The notes beneath the pieces are model-generated. The model was not told where the DNA came from and made no database searches. It saw nothing but the letters and a program-made list of their open reading frames with translations. Below are positions 1-8,685 of a stretch of DNA of 32,000 nucleotides, piece after piece. Within the stretch, counting starts at the first letter, position 1, and each line of letters opens with the position of its first letter. A program made the position numbers and the translations under genes. The DNA comes from Clostridium facile (GTDB lineage: Bacteria; Bacillota; Clostridia; Oscillospirales; Ruminococcaceae): positions 1,033,603 to 1,065,602 of the forward strand of contig NZ_JACOQK010000001.1 of NCBI RefSeq assembly GCF_014297275.1, in the 5' to 3' direction.

Positions 1-443
1 AAACGCGCTGCCGCAATCCCTTCCGCCTGTCGTTGGCGGATATTGCTCCGCTCAGTATGCGCCACATAACATAGGATCTGCAGCACCAAATCCGCAACAA
101 AGGTACCCATTACATCATCATTTTTTTGCCGGGTGTCCAATAAAGGCATATCCAACACCACAATATTGGCGTGTTTTTCTTTTGTAATAATTCGCCATTG
201 GTTCTGGATTTCCTCATAATCCCTGCCCAGCCTATCAATGGATTTGACAACAATCACATCATTCTTTTTAATGCGACGCATCAGTTTTTGGTATTGGGGG
301 CGGTTGAAATCCTTTCCACTGAATTTATCCAGGTAGATGTTCTTTTTTTCTACCGGAAATTCCCGCATGGCAATCAATTGCCTGTCTTCGTTTTGCTCTT
401 TGGTTGAAACACGGATGTAACCATAAATCTTTTGTTGTTGCAT
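1..443 (-). CDS. Serine recombinase (resolvase/invertase family), N-terminal 147 aa; the C-terminus runs off the left edge
   Basis: Not in the ORF track because it is truncated. Hand translation of the minus strand from the ATG at 443 gives MQQQKIYGYIRVSTKEQNEDRQL...SIDRLGRDYEEI...VAHTERSNIRQRQAEGIAAAR. It has the YIRVST catalytic-serine motif and the DRLGR motif typical of small serine recombinases. An AGGAGG RBS lies about 13 nt upstream. Confidence 0.85.
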   Translation of the reverse strand, partial: MQQQKIYGYIRVSTKEQNEDRQLIAMREFPVEKKNIYLDKFSGKDFNRPQYQKLMRRIKKNDVIVVKSIDRLGRDYEEIQNQWRIITKEKHANIVVLDMPLLDTRQKNDDVMGTFVADLVLQILCYVAHTERSNIRQRQAEGIAAAR

Positions 444-850
444 TTTTCATAAATGCCTCCTTTTCGTGTAATAACAATATTGTAAACCAAAATAGCAAAA
501 AAATTTTTGTAGGCAGCTACTTTTTTCCACATATTACGACAATATTTTCATTTCAATCGTTAAAATTAACATTTTCTAACAGTTACAGTTGTCTTTCTCC
601 CATAAATCGAGCAATATTTTCAAAAGCAGGAACCATATCTTTTAGCTGCCCGATATTAAGGAAACCATGAATTCGTGTATATAAACGCGGTAAATGAATG
701 AGCTGTTATCGGCAATATGAAACAATTAAAACCCACAAAAAGGAATATATAACATGATAAAACAGTAATCTTCTATCATCAAGTATTTTTCTAAGCAAAA
801 GGTTTCTTTTATCCATCATGGAATCAGTAGAGTATTCCGGTAATATAGTA

Positions 851-897
851 CAAAAAACTCCCAGCCATTTCACCTGGCTGGGAGTCCCCTTTTTTAT
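851..897. terminator. Bidirectional intrinsic terminator downstream of the DtxR-family gene
   Basis: A 10-bp GC-rich stem (ACTCCCAGCC 857-866 / GGCTGGGAGT 876-885) is flanked by an A-run upstream and CCCCTTTTTT downstream, so there is a U-tract on either strand. Confidence 0.7.
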
Positions 898-905
898 CCT
901 ATTTT

Positions 906-1292
906 TTACAGCACGCCCTGTGCGCGGCAACTCTCTACTAATAGTTTGATTTTATCAAAACTTTCCTGGCTGATCACATGTTCCATCCGGCAAGCGTCCT
1001 GATCCGCGACTTCTTTACTCACTCCAAGGCTAAACTGCAAATACGTCGAAATGGTAGTATGTCGCTCGTAAACCTGACGAGCTTTTTCCCTGCCTTCCTC
1101 TGTCAACAGGATATGCCCATGACCATCCACCACAATATAGCCCGCTTTTTTTAGAATTCCCATAGCTCGACTTACACTGGGTTTCGCGAACCCCAATTCT
1201 GTGGCAATATCGACCGATCTTACAATTCCATTCCGTTGTTCCAATACCAAAATTGTTTCCAGGTAATTTTCACCTGATTCCTGTATTTTCAT
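906..1292 (-). CDS. Metal-dependent transcriptional repressor, DtxR/MntR family (128 aa, no SH3-like C-domain)
   Basis: The ORF-track protein has a winged-HTH N-terminus (ENYLETILVLEQRNGIVRSVDIATELGFAKPSVSRAMGILKKAGYI) and a dimerisation/metal-binding helix region (YERHTTISTYL...DACRMEHVIS) collinear with MntR/DtxR. A GGAGGG RBS precedes the ATG. Confidence 0.85.
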   Translation of the reverse strand: MKIQESGENYLETILVLEQRNGIVRSVDIATELGFAKPSVSRAMGILKKAGYIVVDGHGHILLTEEGREKARQVYERHTTISTYLQFSLGVSKEVADQDACRMEHVISQESFDKIKLLVESCRAQGVL

Positions 1293-1315
1293 TGCCGCCC
1301 TCCTTCAACGGTATA

Positions 1316-1552
1316 TTAACGAATATAAAATATATAACAGATTACCGCAATCGCAAATATGGCAGTAATTGGCAGAGAAATTTTTAATATCCGCATTGGA
1401 ATAAAAAAGATATTTTGCACGTCTTCCACCAGGCTTTCCCGATGGTCTTTTAGCAGTTTGCTAATCCAGATTAGGGAAAATACACAACATACAAATGAGA
1501 TTAACGAAATAACCGCTAAAATAAGGCCTACTGTGCTTCCTACAATTCCCAT
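1316..1552 (-). CDS. Small hypothetical membrane protein (78 aa, two predicted TM helices), upstream of and co-oriented with the DtxR-family gene
   Basis: Hydrophobic N- and C-terminal segments. It lies 23 nt upstream of the regulator gene. No family recognised. Confidence 0.5.
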   Translation of the reverse strand: MGIVGSTVGLILAVISLISFVCCVFSLIWISKLLKDHRESLVEDVQNIFFIPMRILKISLPITAIFAIAVICYIFYIR

Positions 1553-1712
1553 AAATGATTTCCTTTCTGCGATAAAATAGTGTCATAGTAAGTCTATGCT
1601 AACAAAATGCTGATATAACAATTTTATTATATCATACATCTTTTGAATAAACAAACAAATTTGTATAAATTTAATGAAAACCCAATATACTGGAACAAGA
1701 GGTGAGGCTGGC

Positions 1713-2612
1713 ATGAAACGAATCATCTGCAACTGGAAAAAAATTTTATGCGGTTTGCTTGTTGTGGTTTTGGCTATAGCCCTACTGTTGGGTTGGGGCC
1801 GTACAAAAACAATTCCCACAGAGGCGGAAGTTCAATCCTCAACAACGGAGGAAGAAGGGGTTTTTGTTCCCATCCTAATGTACCACAGCATCTTAAAGGA
1901 CACCAGTAAATCAGGGAAATACACCGTTACCCCTACTACCATTGAAAACGATTTGCTTTACCTGAAGGAACATGGATACACTACCATTGTTATGGCTGAT
2001 TTAATCCATTATGTATATGACGATGTACCATTGCCAAAAAAACCGGTTATGATTACCCTGGATGATGGCTATTACAACAACTATACCTATCTGTTCCCAC
2101 TGCTCCAAGAGCATCAAATGAAAGCGGTAATTTCTATTGTAGGGAGCTATAGCCAAAAATTCAGTGAAATTGATGAACCCAATCCTGCTTACGCTTACCT
2201 GACCTGGAATGATATTTTGGAGATGTCCCAATCTGGTTTAGTAGAATTCCAAAACCACAGCTATGATATGCACCACCAGGGAAATGGAAGAAAAGGGACA
2301 AAACGGAAATGGGGGGAATCGGATGAGGAGTACCGGAAAAATTTTGAGAATGACCTCCAAAAAACTCAGGATTTACTCCGCCAGTATACCGGAAGTTATC
2401 CAACTACCTTCACTTATCCCTATGGAGCCTCCAGTAAAGGGTCGATTGATTTGATCAAGGAAATGGGGTTCCTGGCTTCCCTCTCCTGCTATGAACATGA
2501 AAACATCATTACCAAAGATCCCGAGTGTTTGTATTTCCTTAATCGGTATAATCGTCCCAGCGGAATCTCCACAGAGGAGTTTATGAAAAAAGCCGGAATT
2601 GCTGAAGGATAG
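1713..2612 (+). CDS. Polysaccharide deacetylase (CE4/NodB-like) with an N-terminal membrane anchor
   Basis: Motifs MITLDDGY, HSYDMH and TFTYPYG match the NodB-type deacetylase fold. The start is moved to the ATG at 1713 (MKRIICNW...) because GAGGTGAGG sits 5 nt upstream; the track ORF begins at 1674 without an RBS. Confidence 0.85.
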   Translation: MKRIICNWKKILCGLLVVVLAIALLLGWGRTKTIPTEAEVQSSTTEEEGVFVPILMYHSILKDTSKSGKYTVTPTTIENDLLYLKEHGYTTIVMADLIHYVYDDVPLPKKPVMITLDDGYYNNYTYLFPLLQEHQMKAVISIVGSYSQKFSEIDEPNPAYAYLTWNDILEMSQSGLVEFQNHSYDMHHQGNGRKGTKRKWGESDEEYRKNFENDLQKTQDLLRQYTGSYPTTFTYPYGASSKGSIDLIKEMGFLASLSCYEHENIITKDPECLYFLNRYNRPSGISTEEFMKKAGIAEG

Positions 2613-2684
2613 TTTTACACTATCTGACGTAAATGGTAAACAGCCTATTCCCGTGGATTAGAAATAGCTGCTAAGAGCATGGTA

Positions 2685-2727
2685 CAAAAAAGGAACCCCA
2701 ATTTCGTGAAAAATTGGGGTTCCTTTA
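2685..2727. terminator. Intrinsic terminator between convergent genes (stronger in the minus orientation)
   Basis: A 13-bp perfect stem (AGGAACCCCAATT 2691-2703 / AATTGGGGTTCCT 2712-2724). An A6 run on the plus side gives a U6 tract for the minus-strand glycosidase-like gene. Confidence 0.75.
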
Positions 2728-2793
2728 ACATTCTATATCTGGTTAAAAAACCAGACTTTTCTTATATTAAGAGAAAAAGAAGTTTATTATTTA

Positions 2794-5700
2794 TTATTTT
2801 TTCTTACGGGTGAACAACAGAGCTGCTCCTGCTAATGTAATTGCTGCTAATCCTGCAATTGGAGCAAAATCGCCTGTTTTCGCCGCGTTTGCTTTTGGTG
2901 TGGTAGATTCCTCTCCAGTTTGAGTAGCTGTATCATCAGTGGACGGTGTTGTTTCTTCTGGAACACTTCCATCTACTGTTACTAATTGATCCATTGCAGC
3001 TTGTACGTTTGTTACTGCTGCATCTACTTCCTCTTGAGTTGCGTTTTCATCTGCCATTACGTCATTTGCTTCTGCTACTGCTGCTGTCAATACTGCGTAG
3101 CTTTCTGCTGTATACGCAGATGCGTCTTTACCATTCGCTTCTGCCAATACAGATTCTAAGATAGATTTATCTGCTTTATATCTCAGATTCAGCATTGCGT
3201 TCAACAGGTTAGTTTCTGCTGTTTCGATTTCTGCCTGCATTGCGTTGTCTTTGTCTGCAAGGATTGCCTGTGCTGCTGCCAATGCTTCTTTAAATTCTGC
3301 TTGGCCTGCTTCTACATAGTCATTCATGTCATAACCTTCTGCCAATGCTACTAGAGTTTCTAAGGAAGTGATATCCCCTTTCACAAAGCCTAGTTTATGG
3401 ATTTCGGTCATCAATGTTTTCCATGCCGCGTCTACTTCTTCCTGAGTTGCTGCTGGATCTGCTGCAACTGCTTTGGCTGCATCCAATGCTGCATTGAAAG
3501 TTTTCTGCACATCCGCAATGATATTATTGAATTCATCAGATGCTTTTTGTTGTTCTGCATAGTCAATAACAGTGTTTAAAATATCTTTATCCGCTACTTC
3601 GTATTCAGAATCTACGAAAGGAACGATTACTGCCTGGCTTGGCCCATATGGCAAGTATTTTGTCTGTCTCATTTCACCAAACCAATTATTTCTGCTATTT
3701 CCACCAGGTTTAATTGCGCCACGGGAAAGTTGAACATTTCCTAATGGAGAACTATATTCAATATGGATCGTATTTTCACCGTCTACCAGGTATTCACTGA
3801 TATCCGCTACTGGGTCTGTAGAACTGATACCACCTGTGTATTGTTCTGTTCCTTCATATCCTTCAATTACAGATTGTGGAACTTTGGTTGGGTTCGTACT
3901 TACATCTCCGCCAACTTTCTGTCCATTAATCCATACTTTCATGCTGGAATAGAATTCATCGCCAAAGTCGATATATGCACCATCAGCGGAGCTGCTATCC
4001 CAATTAAATTTCGCATCATAATACCCAATACCGGATACGCTTTCTCCTACTTCAGGAATATTATTCCATGTAGTCAGTTCATCCAGTTTTACATTGATAT
4101 CTGTCTTGTCAGTATCAACTTTAGTATTTACAGTATGTACATCACCAATCGTTTCTTCACTGCGGAGTACATTTTCCGATGGTGTCCAAGATTCTACTGT
4201 TACATCCCAGTTAGTAATTGGGTAGGATTCTGGTACGTTGATTTCTTCTGTTACTGTTCTGCCACTACTCAATTTCGTTGTATAAGTACCACTTTGAGTT
4301 GCTCGTACTGCTACACCATTTTCTGTTCCATATGCCATATCTGCGTTGGTTGAAGTTGCGTGGAATGATTCCTCGGTTACTGGTTCAAACGCATATAGAG
4401 CGATATCATCATAATCCAAATCGATTGGGAATACAGTCTGACCATCTTCATAATAGTAATTACCAATTTCAGTTACTTCACCTGTCCAGGAATCGATGGT
4501 ATATGGGATATACATGCCATCCATCCGGATTTCTGTCTTGATGTTGGTTCCATGGTCTTCTGTTTTTACTTCATCAATAAAGCTGTTTTCATGGTAATCG
4601 TTGGAGCAGTAATTATAAGCATACAAATAACGGCTACCATCTTCTGCTTCACGGGTTTGGGTCAATAACTGATGGTTTGCCCCATTAAATTCAGCGTATG
4701 GACGGATGCCCATTTCCTGCATTGCATCGTACAGACCATCGTCATAGCCTTCCGCTACTTTGTCAAAGTAATCAAAGTCTTCAGAAGCATCGTAAATTTC
4801 TACATCTTTTACATTTGGCAGGGCTCTCATCTGTTCCATAATGGAAGCCAATTCTTCGTCCTTGCCATCGTTAAAGGTAGTGCGTTCCGCAGCCCCTTCC
4901 ATAATAAAGACTGGCAGGCCTTTTTGTGCCCATTCATAGATCAATTTCGCGCCATCAATATCCAGCCAATCCTGATAGAGTACCAGTGCTTTATAGCCTG
5001 CTGGTTCTATTGTCTTGGTATCTTCATCAAAGTAAACGCCGTCCGCTTTGAGCATATCAGGGCTAAAGTAATCATAGGTATAGCCGTTATCTTGCAGTTC
5101 AGTAGAACGATAGTAAACACCCTGATGAGCCAACATATACTGCATACCAGTGAGGCCATCTCCAGATTCTCCACCAAATCTTACACCTTGGTTCCAGTTG
5201 TTGTGGATAAAGCCAACATCGGTTCTGGAATTACCGGTTTGTAACATCTGCTGGATACGTCCCAGATGTGCGTTCATTTCGTCAAAGTCCTTATAGGAAG
5301 GTTCACGGGTTCCCCAACGGTCAAAACCAGAGCCCCAGCCTGGCCATGCAGCGTTTTCACCATAGCTATAGCCTGCGCTCCAAATATGCCAGATTAACTG
5401 TTGGAAACCGGAAGCATACATGGTATAAGCATCTTCCAAGCGAAGTTGTTGTGGAGTATAATAGGTATTTAATTCAGTTCCTGTTTCACTGGAAAGAACT
5501 TTATCCAACAGATGGTTGCCAGCACTATGTAATCTTAAAATATCAACCTGGTTGTATTGGTTCAAACTCTCTGCTTCTGGATAATCTACATACATTGCTG
5601 GTTCTGTGATTTCAAATGACCGACCATAGGAAATCTGGGCACGTGTTTCAATTCCTACAGAATTTAACCATTCTTTTAATGGTTGTAGCATATTTTCACA

Positions 5701-6849
5701 ATACAATTGTGTCAATACATCTACCCAGTCGTTGATAATTTTTTCCCGGTCATTTTTATCATTATACAGGTCATGGGTACCTTCCGCAGGTTGAGTATAT
5801 GGATCATATACAGCCTGTACCTGTGGCAAGCCATCTACTAAGAACAGGTATGGCATGATATCATAGCCTTTACGGTTGATAAATTCTTGCCGGATATCTT
5901 CTGTCCACCAGGTAATACCACCGTCAGGATTCAACTCAATGGAGTCCATAAACAGCTGTACATCGCCCTCTTTGATCTTCTCGTTCAATTCTGGGTCATT
6001 CAGATAATGCTCTTCCCAGAACGAACGTAAAGCGTCAACCCCTCTGGTATCAAAGTAGTTGGTCGCGTAGCAAGTTTCCGCCGCTGGGGAAGCTGTTTTG
6101 TAGTTCCCATGGGTCCAGTATCCAAATACCACATAATCAGAATCTGCTGGAGCTGTCCAGTTGATTGCCTGGTCATAAACAGTTGCGCCTTCTACTGCTG
6201 TCACCTGATTACTTAAGTCAATCATAGAACCTGGTTCTACAACATAGCTTTCTCCATCCGTACTAGCAAGTTTCCCTGCATATGCGGCAACAAATTTCCC
6301 TTTGTTGCTTTCCCTCTGGGTAGATGGTTTTGGCAATGCGGTAATGCTTTCCCCTGCTTTGACTACCTGGGACCCCATTGCCACAACTTGGCTTGCTTCC
6401 TGGCTATCTGGATCCAACCCTGGTACGTTTGAGGTTGACCAGTTGGTACCAGATGTTAAGCTCAATGTCATGCCCAGATCCAGGATTTTGTTCATCATCA
6501 GTTTCCACTTGTGGGACCACATCTCGGAACCATATGCGTAGGTGTCATCCGGTGCGTTTCTATCCGACTGCATACATAGCTCTACGCCACGGAACCCTGC
6601 GTCATACAATGCCTGGATTTCTTCCAGCAGCGTTTCATCTGTATTGGATGCTTCCCCGATCCACCAGCGCACCTCTGTACTGTACACCCTATCTGGATCG
6701 GTATACTGGGATTCCAGTTTGCTGGCAAAATCCGCTGTGCCAGCAACATTGCCGCCAATCGCACTAACAGCAGATGCCGCTACTGTAGAAAGCATGGTAG
6801 CAGCCAGCAATACGCCAAGGGCTTTTTTTGCTTTGTTTTTTAACTTCAT
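2794..6849 (-). CDS. Large secreted, cell-wall-anchored glycoside-hydrolase-like protein (1351 aa; possibly GH106 alpha-L-rhamnosidase-like)
   Basis: N-terminal signal peptide (MKLKNKAKKALGVLLAATMLSTVAASAVSA). The N-terminal catalytic-like region contains RWWIGEAS...AGFRGVEL. A jelly-roll-like segment follows (AYIDFGDEFYSSMKVWINGQKVGG). There are three helical FIVAR-like modules (ATQEEVDAAWKTLM.., ATQEEVDAAVTNVQAAMDQL). The C-terminal sorting signal is NAAKTGD plus a hydrophobic helix plus RKKK. The family assignment is from memory of motif style only. Confidence 0.6.
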   Translation of the reverse strand: MKLKNKAKKALGVLLAATMLSTVAASAVSAIGGNVAGTADFASKLESQYTDPDRVYSTEVRWWIGEASNTDETLLEEIQALYDAGFRGVELCMQSDRNAPDDTYAYGSEMWSHKWKLMMNKILDLGMTLSLTSGTNWSTSNVPGLDPDSQEASQVVAMGSQVVKAGESITALPKPSTQRESNKGKFVAAYAGKLASTDGESYVVEPGSMIDLSNQVTAVEGATVYDQAINWTAPADSDYVVFGYWTHGNYKTASPAAETCYATNYFDTRGVDALRSFWEEHYLNDPELNEKIKEGDVQLFMDSIELNPDGGITWWTEDIRQEFINRKGYDIMPYLFLVDGLPQVQAVYDPYTQPAEGTHDLYNDKNDREKIINDWVDVLTQLYCENMLQPLKEWLNSVGIETRAQISYGRSFEITEPAMYVDYPEAESLNQYNQVDILRLHSAGNHLLDKVLSSETGTELNTYYTPQQLRLEDAYTMYASGFQQLIWHIWSAGYSYGENAAWPGWGSGFDRWGTREPSYKDFDEMNAHLGRIQQMLQTGNSRTDVGFIHNNWNQGVRFGGESGDGLTGMQYMLAHQGVYYRSTELQDNGYTYDYFSPDMLKADGVYFDEDTKTIEPAGYKALVLYQDWLDIDGAKLIYEWAQKGLPVFIMEGAAERTTFNDGKDEELASIMEQMRALPNVKDVEIYDASEDFDYFDKVAEGYDDGLYDAMQEMGIRPYAEFNGANHQLLTQTREAEDGSRYLYAYNYCSNDYHENSFIDEVKTEDHGTNIKTEIRMDGMYIPYTIDSWTGEVTEIGNYYYEDGQTVFPIDLDYDDIALYAFEPVTEESFHATSTNADMAYGTENGVAVRATQSGTYTTKLSSGRTVTEEINVPESYPITNWDVTVESWTPSENVLRSEETIGDVHTVNTKVDTDKTDINVKLDELTTWNNIPEVGESVSGIGYYDAKFNWDSSSADGAYIDFGDEFYSSMKVWINGQKVGGDVSTNPTKVPQSVIEGYEGTEQYTGGISSTDPVADISEYLVDGENTIHIEYSSPLGNVQLSRGAIKPGGNSRNNWFGEMRQTKYLPYGPSQAVIVPFVDSEYEVADKDILNTVIDYAEQQKASDEFNNIIADVQKTFNAALDAAKAVAADPAATQEEVDAAWKTLMTEIHKLGFVKGDITSLETLVALAEGYDMNDYVEAGQAEFKEALAAAQAILADKDNAMQAEIETAETNLLNAMLNLRYKADKSILESVLAEANGKDASAYTAESYAVLTAAVAEANDVMADENATQEEVDAAVTNVQAAMDQLVTVDGSVPEETTPSTDDTATQTGEESTTPKANAAKTGDFAPIAGLAAITLAGAALLFTRKKK

Positions 6850-7372
6850 CGTTTTTCCTCCTTTAGAAATGGATAGTTTGTAAAGAGGACAAAATCAGGA
6901 TAGCCTACATGATGGTTTTCTATCAAAAATTTATTTTAAATTTTTGCAATTAATTAAACCAAACATGCCGCCCAAAAAACAGCCGTAAAATAAGATGCTC
7001 CCTAAACTAAATGTTTCCATCAGTTTTCTATGGTAAAACATCCTTTTACACCACTGTAAATGTGGCAATCACTTTATTTTCCGCTTTACAAGATAGATGA
7101 TTAATCTGTTATATTATTAAAACATAACAGAAATCGCTTACAAAATATATAAAATATATTTTGTATCTGCGATTAATATTATAATATTTATCTATTTTTA
7201 TCACAATGGGCATTCATGAACTAAAAAGTGGTAATTTTTTGTACTTTCTGGTATAAAATCTAACACTCTATCAAGTAAAAACAACCCGGGAATCCAGGAC
7301 GGATTCTCCGAGTTGTTCCTCAATGGAAAAGAAAAATTTGTTTGTTATCTTAAAGATTATCTCTTTTGAGGG

Positions 7373-7449
7373 AGCTGCACCTGCTAAGGCGATTGCCGAT
7401 AACCTCCCAATTGGAACAACACCGCCTGTTTTCGCTGCGTTCGCTTGGG
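7373..7449 (-). pseudogene. Orphan fragment homologous to the sorting-signal end of the 2794-6849 gene
   Basis: By hand alignment about 59 of 77 nt are identical to 2821-2897. The minus-strand translation reads AQANAAKTGGVVPIGRLSAIALAGAAP, versus PKANAAKTGDFAPIAGLAAITLAGAAL in the intact gene. Only an in-frame stop and no long ORF lie upstream. Confidence 0.55.
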
Positions 7450-7540
7450 CAGTTATCGTTTTCTGACCTGTTTAGGTAACATTTTCTTCCATTTGTTTTT
7501 TAGATGGGATTTTTGTTATAGGTATTATAGTATATTTCTT

Positions 7541-8275
7541 TCAAATAAAATAATTTTTGTTTTTTAACTGCTGGTTTTTCAGTAAAAGGGTAAGGGTTCC
7601 ATTGGTTTCCAAGGAACCCAACAACACATCTTCCGTACGATGTTTCTGTTGTTTTAGCTGTTTGTTTAGCCAGGCCAGATCATAGCCAGTTTGTTCCAAA
7701 TTGCGCTCCATTACCTTCCCATCAACAATTACGTTAGTACAGAGATGTTCCTGAGGCAGCGCCATCCCTAAATCTTCTGGCTGGACAGGACGTTTCCCCG
7801 TCTTTGGCAGAATGCTGACACTTCCGTCGATTTCCATAATCCCATACTCAATATCACTGATATTAAAATACCCATTTTTCCGACATTCACACAGTAAATC
7901 ATTGATATCATAATGGCAGTCTTTCATAGATTTTTCAATAATGGAGCCTTTATAAATCAGAATCGTAGGGGTACCGGAAAAAAAACGGCGCAGCTTGATG
8001 CTTTTCATCGTAATAATCGAAATCGATACTGTCAGGATCGCGTACAATGCCATTGCAACTAGACAGGCATAAATTGGAATGGTATCATCAATGGTTAACG
8101 TAGCCGCAATAGATCCAATCGTGATACCTACAATATAATCGTAAAAGGTGAGCTGGGAGATTTGCCGCACCCCAATTAAGCGAGAGAGCAAAAATAAAAA
8201 TACAAAGGAAAGGAGCGTCCGAAACACAATGGAAAGGAGATTTATCAAAACTTCATTCACGTTACAACACCTCAT
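7541..8275 (-). CDS. DUF421 (YetF-like) membrane protein
   Basis: The N-terminal TM region (LLSRLIGVRQISQLTFYDYIVGITIGSIAA) is characteristic of the DUF421/YetF family, followed by a soluble C-terminal domain. Confidence 0.7.
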   Translation of the reverse strand: MRCCNVNEVLINLLSIVFRTLLSFVFLFLLSRLIGVRQISQLTFYDYIVGITIGSIAATLTIDDTIPIYACLVAMALYAILTVSISIITMKSIKLRRFFSGTPTILIYKGSIIEKSMKDCHYDINDLLCECRKNGYFNISDIEYGIMEIDGSVSILPKTGKRPVQPEDLGMALPQEHLCTNVIVDGKVMERNLEQTGYDLAWLNKQLKQQKHRTEDVLLGSLETNGTLTLLLKNQQLKNKNYFI

Positions 8276-8355
8276 CCATAGTGTTGCAGTATTTGGGGAA
8301 AATATGCAAAAAACAGGACAACTTCTAAAGGATGTCCTGTTTTTACACGAAAATA

Positions 8356-8679
8356 TCAGAAAAAGTATTCCAAAGATTCCAGCCAGTCTTTCAAACTGAC
8401 GCCCTCAATACTGACTATACGAACATTTTGCCATCTTTCTTGAAGGGATTTCCCCTGAAATATTCTGGCAGTTACAAGCTCCTGGGCAGTTGGAAATTCT
8501 GCTCCGTTAGGAATATCACAATATCCCACCCAATACGGTTTTTCGCATTGGGGCATATAGCCCAAAAAATGTTCTTCTTCCCGCTCATCATCCGCAAAGT
8601 AAAAGCAGGTTTCGTTGATCCGTTTTCCCGCTTCCAACTGATGATAGAAAAAATCGTAATTTAAGCTAGCTATTTCCAT
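8356..8679 (-). CDS. Hypothetical cytoplasmic protein (107 aa), 6 nt downstream of the LtaS-family gene
   Basis: Clean ORF, co-oriented and nearly abutting the upstream gene. No family recognised. Confidence 0.5.
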   Translation of the reverse strand: MEIASLNYDFFYHQLEAGKRINETCFYFADDEREEEHFLGYMPQCEKPYWVGYCDIPNGAEFPTAQELVTARIFQGKSLQERWQNVRIVSIEGVSLKDWLESLEYFF

Positions 8680-8685
8680 GATGGA

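Noticed and set aside
404-670. 88-aa plus-strand ORF and the 171-407 ORF near the recombinase start
   Set aside because: The first lies in AT-rich intergenic DNA with no RBS. The second is antisense to the serine recombinase gene.
706-930. 74-aa minus-strand ORF overlapping the end of the DtxR-family gene
   Set aside because: It starts inside the regulator gene, runs through the bidirectional terminator hairpin, and has no RBS.
3763-5609. Several 110-196-aa plus-strand ORFs (3763-4353, 4672-5244, 5268-5609) antisense to the 1351-aa gene, and similar antisense ORFs inside the cas1, cas4, cas7, cas8c, cas3 and STAND genes
   Set aside because: These are shadow ORFs on the opposite strand of well-supported genes. 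Their composition is low-complexity or Cys/Phe/Ile-rich, and they have no RBSs.
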